60,000 nucleotides of DNA from positions 17,362,001 through 17,422,000 of the forward strand of contig NC_087245.1 in NCBI RefSeq assembly GCF_037042905.1. Direction: 5' to 3'. This document shows, piece by piece, positions 13,380 through 31,878 of the stretch (position 1 is its first letter; every line of letters starts with the position of its first letter). Below the pieces are notes generated by a model. It was not told the DNA's origin and did not search any database. It saw only the letters and a program-made list of their open reading frames with translations. Position numbers and translations under genes: made by a program. This stretch comes from Lytechinus pictus (taxonomy: Eukaryota).

Positions 13380-14090
13380 TAGATGAAGAGAGATGTTTCT
13401 TTCATGATTAGTTCAGATTGGGACGAACAGACACCAGATTTAGCCACTAATAACATGCTAATGCAATCCAGGCCGCATTTAGCCAGTGCGACGTTGAATA
13501 ATTACTCACATTGCTGCATGGTCGAAAGCAGGCAATGTGACGTCACACTTCGTCGTTTAGCTCCAATCCCGTCTGGTCGTCGTGCACGGGAGAAGCAATT
13601 AGATCGGTGCGCGCTGATTGGCTGGCGGCGATATTAAGGAATGCATGACGACAATTCTCGCTCACGATGACGTCGATCGGGGCGCCTTTCGGGGGGTCTT
13701 CGTATTTTTTTCTCGTCAACCACAGCGATGAATTGCCTTCTATACATATACACAGCGATGTATTGATATAGGTCCGGAGTTGCAAGCCGATGAGCTTGGG
13801 AGAAGCGTCGTTGTTCGCGAGCCCGCTCTCAAGGCAAGTTACAAGTGAGCCCCATACCGTTAGCACTGCGATACCATTGTATCAGTCTGTGTTGTGTGGT
13901 TCAGAGGGTTCCTTCGTAGCTTCGCCGTGCGGCTCAGTACGGGAGGAGATTCGAAACCCCCTCTCGCACTTTCTCTCCCTCTCTCAGGCGAGGCAAGCTG
14001 GATTATCCTAGCCGAGCACTGTCCTGTAGTTGGCTGCTGATTTGTCCTCAAAATATCGGATCTTGGAAGTGGGCCAGGTTCCGCCCGTAT
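13380..14090 (+). promoter_or_regulatory. CpG-rich promoter-like island
   Basis: TGACGTCA 13538-13545, TGACGTCG ~13668, CCAAT/ATTGG at ~13417, 13563 and 13617; high CpG density. Confidence 0.55.
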
Positions 14091-14208
14091 ATGGCGAGCT
14101 CCATGCACGTGTTACTTCCACCGTTACAACTGAAGTTTGGAACATTCTTAAACAAGGAGTCTGAAGAAGAGTGGGCAACAGTGGACCGAAACGGAACCAG
14201 GCGTTCGG
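14091..14208 (+). CDS. Candidate alternative first coding exon of NR4A (MASSMHVLLPPLQLKFGTFLNKESEEEWATVDRNGTRRS-G)
   Basis: ATGG at 14091, 39 codons + 1 nt to TCGG|gtgagg (phase 1); at the 3' end of a CpG-rich island with CRE and CCAAT boxes. Confidence 0.55.
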
Positions 14209-17200
14209 GTGAGGCATTCAGTCAAATTGGCTTGGTTAATTAATGCACAGATGCCGTGATTGCTGCGATCAAATATTTTGTTATAGGCATGTGACTTTTT
14301 TTTTCAAGTGCCCTTTTGTCTCGGGTTGTCGTGAATCATCCCGTGTATTTTAAAATACCTTAAGTGAACTGTTTGCAACCTGTAAGATGTTTTGCAGCAC
14401 GTAAAGCTATTATTTTGTAAACTTGCTACAGGTTATTTGCTTTTTGCCTGTTTTGTGTCTTAGTTTAGTAGGCTATTTAGATTGACTCCGCGATATATTG
14501 AGAAATCAAATTATATTTAATCTTGCATGATGTTCTTTTCAAATTCGCAGAATTCATCTACATAAAAGCAAGAAGTTAATCGATTGCTTTGTCCTTAAAT
14601 TATGGTACTTTGTTTTCCCCCCTCCATCGTCTTCATGTTATAAAGTACTCTGATCCAAAGAAGGATTACAGTGGGGATGATGTCCATTTGTTTACTCTCA
14701 GACAACGATATTCCAAGATTAGATTTTTCGATTTTTTTAATATATGTCCACTTTGTGTCAATCTTAGGCAGTCCATGCATGCTCCCGGATCAAAGAAGAC
14801 CGCATACTTAATAAAAGTACGTCTACTGTAGTAAAAAGTGAAAGTACGTTCACAGTCGTGGACTCACTTATCCTCTGCAATGCATTCAACTGCCCCGGTC
14901 AAACAGTGTTCCTGCATGCAATCATGCATACTAAGAATATAGTGTGCTTGGCATGAGGTGTGTGTGTGTGTCTATGTGTGCGGGGAGGGTGGGAGAGGGT
15001 TGTTTGTATGTTGATGTACATGATGCTTATCAGCGCCGAGGCCAATATATGGAAGTTGTATCGAGGATAGATTGGATCGGGATTCCTTCAGTGTGTAGGC
15101 GGCTATCTTTTTAAGGGAGGTTTAACTTAGCGCTCGTGTGTGTATAAAAAAAGTCTCATCTAGTAGCTTAGCTTAGCAATGGAAATTATTCTCAGAGAGA
15201 TCATTCCATACAATACGATGTGATTAATTTATATAAAACGAGCCAAGGGCGATTTGCCTCAAGATGTTTGATGACCTAATGACAAGAATTAACTCACGAA
15301 TACAGGAAAGTTAATTTTTAAAAAAACATGGTTTGAGAGAGAAGTGATGGATTTCTCTTCTTCGCAAAGGAATATCATTGATCATTCCTTTTCTGGGGTA
15401 TTTCTCTTTATCATTATGGATTTGGAGCATTTTTTGACGGATATACCTCTTCTTCTTCTTCTTCAGAACACAATGTAGCTAGCATTGCAAATAATGGTGG
15501 ATGTTTAAAACTTAAAAGCGGAAAAACAAGCATTCTACAGGCCTATAAGAATATAATTCTCAAGGAATGTATTTTCATCTCCTGCATATTCAACCAGATG
15601 ACAAACCCGGAAATCCAGATAACAGGTATTTTACAAGAAGATGATATTCCTCCTTTGTAATACTGATACAGGAAATGATAAAGGGAATAATTCTGATGAT
15701 TTGTTACCCAAGGTTTGAGCATTCGTACCTCTGCCAATGTGTTTGCTTATATCCATCGATGACAAGCGGATCTGTTGAGCATTATTACCCAGGATAAATA
15801 GCTTCATCGAGTCACCTTGGATAATTTGTCATGATATGACTCGATTCTAGAGCTTTAAGGATACATGTACTACACACTTTCCCACAAGTGCAAACCGACG
15901 GTATAGGTATGTCTAAAACGAGGGTGCCTGGCAATATGTTGAAGGTATTTACCAGCTGTCTCAATGTAGCTGCTTCGATCATTACCTACTGTATGTGCAA
16001 CACAGCCAAGATGGTCTTCCAACTGGTGTGTGACATAATTAATCTCCCTCGTCCTGAACTCCATTATTCATCAATATTAAGAGAAGGATTTGCCTATACC
16101 TTCAAGTAAAAGTCGGTCATTATGAGAGATATGAATATCCTTCTGGCGAGCAAATTGTGAGTCTTGTCCAGGTAGATTTTGTCTAAATACCTGGCTACAA
16201 GATTTTTCATGGGAGCAATGCAGCATGACTAACGTTGATATAATACCATGGAAGGTCAATACAAGCGTAAGGAATGAAGTTCTATTTGTTTCAGTTATTA
16301 ACAAATTGTTTGCTGTAACACCAATTGATGCATCAAAATACATCAAATAGAAATAACATACTGTAATAATTGAAAAGAACAAAAACAAAATGTCATTGAA
16401 AATGAGTTAAGAAGTATACATTCAATAAAACAAATTTGAAAGGATTAAGCAAATTACACCCCATTGAACATATGCTATATTGCAATAATTCTATGTTATT
16501 TATGATTTCTTGGAAATGATTAAGATGTACATTCTAGTGTAATTATTGTATACCCAGTATTCGGCGCAACTGAAAATCAAATTACTCAAATGCCATTCAC
16601 ATCTCGTTCTTTAAAATATAGTGTCTTTTTAAACATAGTGTCATAAAATGAGTTCTTTCAAGTTTTATTTGAATTTATTTCAAACAATTTTTCTTCACAT
16701 TTCAGTTCTGTAGAGTTTTAAACGGGTTAAAATGAAATATATGTGTTTCTTGCAGAAATCCATTCACGTGTGCTTGAAAAGTTCGGTTATAACAACAACA
16801 AAAAAGAAGTATATGAAGGTGTACTGTGGATGACATCATTTTCTATGATTAAAGAGGAATCAATTTAGTCAACACAATCAAACAAGCCTTCAGTTAACAG
16901 AATTAATGACAACTTTCGTGGAAAGTAATAGAATAAGATTGGATAGGTGTTTGATTATGAATAAAACACAAATGAAATATGCGATGGTTCTTCAGATAAT
17001 GCAGTTTATGTCAGAAAAACATAGATTTAGGGAGGGGGAAATGTAACAATTTGAAATCTATGTCATGAATATACTCTCCAACATAGGTATAGGCTATCGC
17101 CTATTTGTCCTGTTTGATCTTGGAAAGGGAAGTGGAATATTAGTTGAAGTAGAAAATTCAACAATCAAATATTTTGATATCAAAATCAAGTTTTATCATG

Positions 17201-17451
17201 ACAATGCAAAAAGATTTCATTGTATGTCCATGTAGATAGCTGGAAAATCAGCTCAACCCTCTCACCCTTGGCATAATTATTGTTAAAAATATTGAATGAA
17301 GAAACCACGCAGAGCTATATGCTAGGTCTTCTCTTCATGTAATTTTGTCTTGCCCTAAGTGCACATATTCAAAAATGTTAACGTGTTATATGTGATTATG
17401 TGTTGGCCTGGCTAGAAAAATAGGGAAAGTAAACAGATTCTGTTCAAACTA

Positions 17452-17838
17452 GGCCGTATCATACCTTTCGTTTCGCAAAGGCATGACTGATTTCATTTTC
17501 ATATAATCCATTCATTAGTACATTTTACAGAGAAATCATACTGTTCCTGTTATATGATATTTACTATTTCGCATCCAGATATCCGGCGATTTATGCCTCG
17601 TAAAATCTTACGATACCCCCAACTACTTTATATGCATGGGGAAATATAAAGGCCGTTTTATGCCTTTCATTTCGCATAGAAAGGCATAAATGATTTCAGA
17701 TATCCATTCATTAGTATATTTTACAGAGAAATCATAATGTTCCTGTTATATGATATTCACTATTTCGCATTCTGAAGTCGGGCGATTCATAAAGTTTTAC
17801 GATCCCCCAACTACTTTACACAAACATGAGGAAATATA
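17452..17838 (+). repeat. Tandem duplication of about 195 bp
   Basis: GGCCGT...ATCCATTCATTAGTA.ATTTTACAGAGAAATCATA.TGTTCCTGTTATATGATATT...CCCCCAACTACTTTA occurs twice (from 17452 and 17651). Confidence 0.85.
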
Positions 17839-20699
17839 TCACGTCACGGTGTATCGTCCTATAGACATCCGTTAATCTCTACCACACCAACGCCCCCATG
17901 TCGTTATCAACTCATACTTGTCAGGGAAACCATACAACATTTGAAAGTCGCATTGATAGATTCCTATCCACAATGTATACCGTTATGCATTGACTGCTCT
18001 CTGAATTATATATAAAGGCCCAACCGCGAAAACATTTTTCACTTTTTGTTACAACTCCAAGCAGTTGGTGATATCTTCAATATTTTGTTCCATGCCCGCC
18101 TCCTAGACTCGCCTTTCGTTCGAATGGGTGCCGTTGGACATGTTGAATGGTAATGTTACTTTTTGTCTTTCATTAGACTTTTTTTAATTCTTCATTTCAT
18201 TCATGTTGTGATATCATACTTGTTTTTCTTATTTCATCCTTTAATATTTCGACATGTTTATGATATTATTCATGGCTATATTGCTAGAATCCCTGAATTC
18301 CTTGTATTCTTACGGGTTTGATAGATTTACAAATTGATTTTGGTGCCTGGGAATAGCCAAAGTGTTGGCAAATTGTATTAAGGCGAATGCTATAGTGGTC
18401 TCTAAAAATGGAATTATTGAATATATAAACATTTTGAATCCATAAAGTTTCTTACCTTGAAAATACTTTTTTCCCATTTTCAGCATCTTTCAATAATCTG
18501 ATACCATATAAGATCAGACATTTAAATTAAAGACAGAACAGCTAGTTAAAAGTTCATGGTTTCATTGTTTTTGTATGTACCTTTCTCAGTGAATAACTTA
18601 AATTTCTTGATAAGAACGACTTATCTGCATGGGCGTATATGTTTCGAAACACTTCATAATAATTATAGAAATAAATATAATATATCAAACTTGTAATAAA
18701 ACAATATTGGTCTCTTCGTTAGAAATCATTTGCTATCATTTCTTTCGCTCGGTCTTCAATTAAATCGATCCCCTTTTGGATTTCTAGGATTTCTTTTAAT
18801 ATACTCAAAATATATGACAACTTTTATATAACGATGAGACCATGCAAGACATTAGAAAAACTGGCAAAGCATTCGTTATTCTTATTGACCTATTCAAGTG
18901 ATGAAAATATATACAATAATCGCTTAAGATACCAACTTTTCGTTTTGCTTCATTTCCATAACTAGCTTAGTAATCATAGCCGTCATGAATATTAAACTCC
19001 AAACGAAGCTATTGGCATATGAGCTGAATTACTCAAAATAAAACATGAACATAAACAAAATTATTGTGTTTTAAGATATTTGTCGAATTCAATCAACACA
19101 TGCATTTTCGGAGATATGTCGGGTAATACCCTTTACATTGCTTTTAAAAGGAATTACCTCCAAATCGTTAAACTATCCCAGTCAATACCACCGAATGAGA
19201 TTAAGTTATGGGCTAGATGAATTTACGAGAGTTTTCCGTACATGAAAAATAAATTCTTATGATAATACATTCTTTCCTGAGAAGATATATTTTCAATTCA
19301 CATTAATAGCTATATCTGTTTTAAAACAAACATCAAATGAAACAAATTGCACTGACAATTGATAATTAAAAATGAAACTTATAAACATGATGAAAGATCA
19401 AAAAGATGGATGACGACAATAAGGCTCGTGTAAAAGCTTGCTCTGGATATATATAATGCATTGGATATCCATTTCATAATCACTTTCTTCAGTGATTGTT
19501 TTCAAAAGGCGCCATAATTCGTGTAATATTTGACTCTTATTTAACAACGGTATTACATTCCTTTTTTTTAATGTCCAATATCACCCTTACGGATTAAAAT
19601 ATAGCGTTTACTGTGAACGAGATATTAGATGCATTAGATAAGATAGTGAAAAAGTAAACGAACAAAAGATACGAAAGATATATATCATAGAGCTATAATG
19701 TTATCTCGTCATTTGAAATGATCGAAGGGTGACTATATGCTTTGCGATTACCAGAGATGAATATTTTTAAAATACTGTATTCAGAACGAAAATGGTTACA
19801 CTCGGAGAAATAAGGAGTTCCTAACACAAGGGTGATCATCTACTATTTCAAAACTGTGTTCCCTCTTCAGACATTTTACCCCCTTTTATGATTGTATTTT
19901 AGAATATTAACATTTGTAAAATCCTGGATGTAGTTTGAATTTAAAGTTTACTATTAATGATATTAGCAAGATGAAAATCGTGCATTGTCTTACAAAAACA
20001 AGGCATTACATTATGAAGAGGGAAAGAATAGAAACCATACGATTCCTAGGTGACACAATAACTAAAATGTATGGCTTCAGAATTATCTTGGCTGTCAATC
20101 GAATACATACAATAATTTCATAAAAACATTGCAGGCTTCAAAGTTTATTTGTTGTTATGTATTGGAAAGTGCGTTGTTATTAATATCAAATAAGTGAATC
20201 TTATTACGGGGGTGATTCCAGAGTTAACATGACTATTTTCACTCATTTTGAGATAACATTACTCCTTTTTATCGCAAACTCACTCTTAAAAATCACTTCT
20301 TAGAGAGTGAACATAGAGACAAATCAGTATTTTCTATTTGTACATCCCAAATATTTGAAGTTGTTTTATTAACGAAAATTTGATATTCCTTTAAGATTGG
20401 ATTATTTGCCCCCCAAAAATCAAAACAAACATAAATTATGAATAAAAAAACTGAATTTTTCAAGAACACTACGCTTTTAGGATATCTTTCTTTCATTTTT
20501 TTATTATAACACCGACTGATAACATACTCTTCTGTTTTACTGAGGTCTTTAACGAATTTGCAAATACAAGATGTTGTTTTCCGTGAAAAGATGTTCAGGG
20601 ATGAAAGATTATAAAATGTATTATTTGATGATCAAAAAGAATGATTTTTCATAGCGGCATCAACATTTTTATTTTCAATTCGTTAGAATAAAAACTTGT

Positions 20700-21092
20700 C
20701 CTTAGAAATGATCAAGAGAAGCGAACGCCATCTGCATCGCACACTAGCACACTGTAAGGCACACACTCCTATATATCCATATACGAAGTGTATACATCTC
20801 CCAACGCTCCCTCCATCTACCTCAGTAAAGGGGCTGAGTTTATTTATAGCGCCGCTATTTGCGGAGAACTGTACGACAACGTCGATTCTGACGTCATACG
20901 AGGGTAACCCTCGAACCCTTGTGACGTCAAGGCGAGCGGCTTACACGCACAAACCTGTATGATGGTGCAGTCCCAGGTCCGCTTCTAACGAAGCGTACAC
21001 CAGCGCTTTGCTGATGTCATAGCTTCTCAATTCGATATGAGGCTCGCCCGAGTAGGGGTTTATACTTTTGTCGCAGAGAAGCAGTGCGTTTC
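20700..21092 (+). promoter_or_regulatory. Immediate-early-type promoter: MEF2 site, two perfect CREs, TATA-like box
   Basis: TTATTTATAG 20840-20849; TGACGTCA 20889-20896 and 20922-20929; TGATGTCA ~21013; CpG-rich. Confidence 0.7.
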
Positions 21093-21391
21093 ACTCTTGC
21101 TTGCTTGTGCCACCAACCAGCATCGTTTCTTCAGTCTTCGTACTCGTCAATGAGACTGAGAACGAGGAGGAGGGCCCGGTGTTTGGGTTTACAGCAAACA
21201 TAAACAAGCAATCATCATCACTTTTTTGCAGTTTAGTCAACTGTGAAAGTTTTCCACTTTGTTTGACATCTTCCAAGTATTTTACTACTTTTTATACTGG
21301 AACACAATTTGTCGTCTGCTACAAGATTGTTTTACCCATCACAGTGTGGTGAAATAAGATCTTGAGAATATTTTTGTACTTCCTGACTCAG
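21093..21391 (+). other. Candidate non-coding first exon of NR4A
   Basis: TTTATA at 21059-21064, Inr-like TTCACTC about 30 nt downstream, strong donor CTCAG|gtaaga at 21391/21392; contains only a short uORF (ATG 21150). Confidence 0.6.
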
Positions 21392-22372
21392 GTAAGAATG
21401 GATAGATTCTTATCAAATCCTTATTCGTTTCATCGTTTTACCTTGTGTGTCATAAAATAAGATTTTAGAGAATATGACCTTGTACAATAGGATCATAATA
21501 GAGAGGAATAACGGTTCACTTGGAGGTGTTATCTTATGTTCTGATCGGACATTGTGAACGTATTTGTATGTCTTCTATCATATTTGTAATAGTTTGTTTT
21601 ATAGGCGGTTGCTGCTGATTACGAATATATCTCAGTATTTCATTTATACTTTCCCCATAAATCGGAATTTTCCTTGTGCGCTAACATACTTTGGGAAACT
21701 TTTTCTTTCAGAACTCGAGTGTTTATCATCTTTTTTATCAATGTTGGTTAATGAAAAAATACATTCTTTTACATTCTTTGCAAACCTCAGTTGGAATTAT
21801 CACTTTTGACTAGTGTTTTTCACTCGATAAAAATATGCAATTATTTTTCACTTCAAAGTTTCAATTCGTTGGTTGTTATCAGAGAGTATGTGGGTGAAAG
21901 TGCCTGTGCGTGAGACTGCGGGTGTGCATGCCTTTGTGCGTGAGAGCGTCTGCGACTGCATATTCATGAGAAAGTCTACTTCTATATTCACAATATTTTT
22001 CTTATTACACTAATAAATAAAGTCAAGTAAATGAAGTCGATTTTACAATGAAGAAAATTCATTAACTAATGATTACTTCTGTTTATAGAGGAATATCTTC
22101 ATTCATTTCCATGTATATCTTTATCCAAAGTGCATAGAGACTTAACTATAGCGTTTTGATGTGTGCTATATAAATACATTTTATTATTGTTTTCCCTAAA
22201 AACACGAAGCCTTCGTGGTATATACTTAATAGTTTATCGTGTTTGTAACAGAATAGTTGATATTTCTTCATCTCAGCCAACCTGTTTCGGGTTTTTAAAG
22301 TTTATTTTAGAGCTTATATAAAAATCTCAATATTGCCGAATTGTCAAAATGGCTCCTGATTTTAGGTATGAC

Positions 22373-22375
<3 letters not shown>

Positions 22376-22441
<66 letters not shown>
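22376..22441. repeat. Compound (TA)n(TG)n microsatellite
   Basis: Directly visible. Confidence 0.95.
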
Positions 22442-22443
<2 letters not shown>

Positions 22444-22877
22444 GTTCATATGCACATACACTGACTAATAACGTATACATATCATATTTACATAGAAGTG
22501 ACGGGTAGCAGTATAGGCTAATATCATTAACCACCGGGCCTCATATAAGCTGGCTGCACATACTTGGAATATTTTCCGCATCTAATTGAAGCCGACACGC
22601 CATGGCCAACGGCAGGCCTGTGCATGGTTGTTGCGATTACTGGCTTCTCATATGCAGTTCTCTTTATTACACTTAATTAAAACTAAATATATGGAGTAGG
22701 TGAATATCGAACCAACTTCATTTTGCATTAGGCCTCATATTCGCTAAGACTACAGAAAAAAATGTATACAGTATATTATTTCACATTGTGTATTTATGTG
22801 AAATAATATCTTCTGGCTTTTTTTTATGAGAAACAATAATGGCATAGTACACATTGTTATGATGCTGACACCACCTA

Positions 22878-23102
22878 CGCTGCAAAAACACCAGCATGGT
22901 ATCTATATCGGTCCACACCAGAGGTGTTGAAAAAACACCGGTTTGGCGTTAGGCTAACACCAATTTGGCATTTAAGCAACACCAATTAGTGTTAAACCAA
23001 TATCGATTTGATGCTTAACTGGTGTTGTTTCAAACGCTTCTCTGGTGTGGACCGATATAGATACTGGGGTGGTGTTAAATCAACACCGGTATTTTTGCAG
23101 TG
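22878..23102. mobile_element. TA-flanked palindromic MITE (CACTGCAAAA family)
   Basis: TA|CGCTGCAAAAACACC ... GGTATTTTTGCAGTG|TA; homologous to 45003-45244. Confidence 0.85.
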
Positions 23103-25659
23103 TATAATTTACACAGTACTATAATATTCAGAAAAAGGATCATCCATCTCTATATTGATGATATTGACCTAGTTGGTTTTCCTTTGCAATTATTAACCTC
23201 ACGAAACTGACATAGATCATAGTATGTTTGCACTTTAAAAAAAAATATTCCATATTCAATATATAATCAGATTCCATTATAAAACAGATACATACATCCC
23301 TTTCTTATACGTTTTACTATGCTAGGAGTATCGGTAAATCCTACAACAATATTAGTACGTAAGTACCGCGGCGCCATGTAATGGTAAGGCATCTAGCAAT
23401 CTCTGTACATTATGCGCGCAGTGGGAGGTACCTGTCCACCTCAATAGTCTTCAATGTAGGGGTTGGGTATGGCAATGTACTATCACCAATGCATTCAATG
23501 CAAGCTTTATACATCTTCATATCAAGGCGAGCGGACAGACTCCGGGGTATTCATAATATACGGATATAAGACGAAATAAGATGGAACGGCCGCTCAATTT
23601 TCATCATCAAAATTCTCAATATATCGGGTAGTAGACATGGCTTCACTTCAAGTATGTAATATTTCTTTTGCTATCATCTGGGGTAGATTAAGAATTGTCC
23701 ACTTGTTTTTTGTGTTTTTATTTCGTTCCCACCAACGTGGCCATATTTCTGTTTTCTATCGCAACCTATTACAGACAATTATGGATGGATGTTTATTGTG
23801 AAGCATGCAAACACTTTGCCCCGCCTTAGCTTCCAGAAATCCAATAGCAAATTCAGTGGATGAGAGGGTAGCGCGATTTGCGTAAGCATCCTGTGTATAT
23901 GTACTCAGCATACATCAATTTTGGTAGCCACTTCAGGGGCGAATTTTCAAGTGTTTAATCGTTTTACTCTCTTTCCTATATCTCCCCAATATATGTGGGG
24001 GTAAATCTCCAGAGCTCAAATAAAAGGCGCTTATTGTGAATATGATTTGCCGCCTTCATACCAAAGAATCTGAAGTGGATATCAAAATTAAACATCTCTA
24101 CCGTTACGTTTACCTCTACCGATCCATCAAAACTTAAAGATAAACTCTTTCAAGTATATAAGTTTGCATGAAGTTGGATAAATGTACACACATCATCACC
24201 ATAAAGAGAGAAAAGAGTGTGTTTGCCTCTGTATTGTACAGCTAAATGAATGAATGGAGCAGGGGGGGGGGGGTGAGTCAAATCGTAACCCGTAACATTA
24301 TAACCCGAAATCTAGGTACACAATTGCAACTTATTTGGTAAGAAGAATCCAACCAACGATTTCACAGACATACTACGTTTTATTTTTTTAAAGCTGGATG
24401 GCAACATTTCAATGTTTAAACTTTCTTTCGAGGGACAAATTTGCTACCAAAAAGACCCCATTTTACCCTTTTTTGTACACAGTCATGAGATGAAACACGC
24501 TTTGTTTGCGTTATTAATATAATAAAAAGTCATAAGTACAGTATATTTAGAAGCTTACGTCAGTTATCATATATCCCCTCGAGTATTCACTAATTCATCC
24601 ATGTAGGCCAAAATGAGTGAATGGTTTTAGTATATACCAGTGATCGTAAGAATACACCCACGTCATTGCATGGTAAATCAGATTTTCCTTTTGATATATT
24701 CTATTTACGTCGCCTCGATGAAGCGAACGGAGTTACGACTTCGTTGACTGCAATTATCTGCATTTTTATTAAGATGTCTCAAAACATGTTGGCCGCAATC
24801 GTTCTCTCTCTCTTTTTTTTTCTCTCTCTCTGTTTCTATCTTTATTCGAAGTATGTCGGACAGCAAATCCTTGCATACATTGTCACAAGTCTACAATTTG
24901 ATCGTTAACATCTCTTTCATGGAATGGAATTCTACCTCTGATTATTGATACTGAAGTCCAAATACATATTCTTTCACGGAAAGTCCACATTGTCATTGAA
25001 TGTTTTCCAAATAAGAATAAAAACAATGCCAACAAAGTAAATGAATGATGATCGATTTCTGTTTAGCGGGAAACATAGCAATGTCTCTATTTCTTGAGCT
25101 AATTAACAATTTAGAATAAAATTATCTTTTAATTCATGTGACATTTTAAATATATTTCCCCATTGTGAATCTATTTGTTGGACGTTTCCAAGAAACTGGA
25201 AATGATTAACCCAAGTGTGGGCACTTTCTAATTTCCTTAAACCAGACCTATGAGTCAAATGTTGTTATTCAAAATATTGAAAAAGGTTGTTGAAATTAAG
25301 TTTCATTTTGGAAACAATTCAGGAAGTTCTTAAAATAATAGTTTTACTGGTCTGGTACTTGGGTAGGCGATAGGAAGCGATAGGATAATGTCCGTCAACA
25401 ACCCTCCCACCAATTATTGATGGTGGATATTTAATGTGTCCCCACCTTTTGATATACATCAGCATATATGAAGCATATCACACTTGACAATAATTGGGGG
25501 TTTTAGAATGTGGAAGTGAAAAAAGGGAAAACACAGGCACGCCTGTAATGATACTACTGCAATCTACTGCAATATCCCAATGATAATGTGCATTTGTGTT
25601 TCAATATGAACATGTAACGGTTGGACACAGTGGTTATAATGTGCCTTCAAATCTGTGCA

Positions 25660-25882
25660 TACAACACAATACAGGCCTTTGGGAGCAGACGATATCACAG
25701 TGAATGCCGGGTGCTTCTCTTGGGTTTGCTGAGATTTGGTGACGTCACATCAGATTTAACCAATTAAAAAACGGAAGCCGTGCTTAAAGCGGGAATCTTC
25801 TGTGTTGCATCCAAGTACGGCAGCCCTTTAAACGGCGTCGCAAAGAGACTTCAAGGGGCGCTACCAATACCCGAGATTGACC
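25660..25882 (+). promoter_or_regulatory. Proximal promoter-like region or 5' UTR of the 25883 exon
   Basis: TGACGTCA 25740-25747, CCAAT ~25760; possible acceptor ccaag| at 25815/25816. Confidence 0.45.
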
Positions 25883-31878
<5,996 letters not shown>

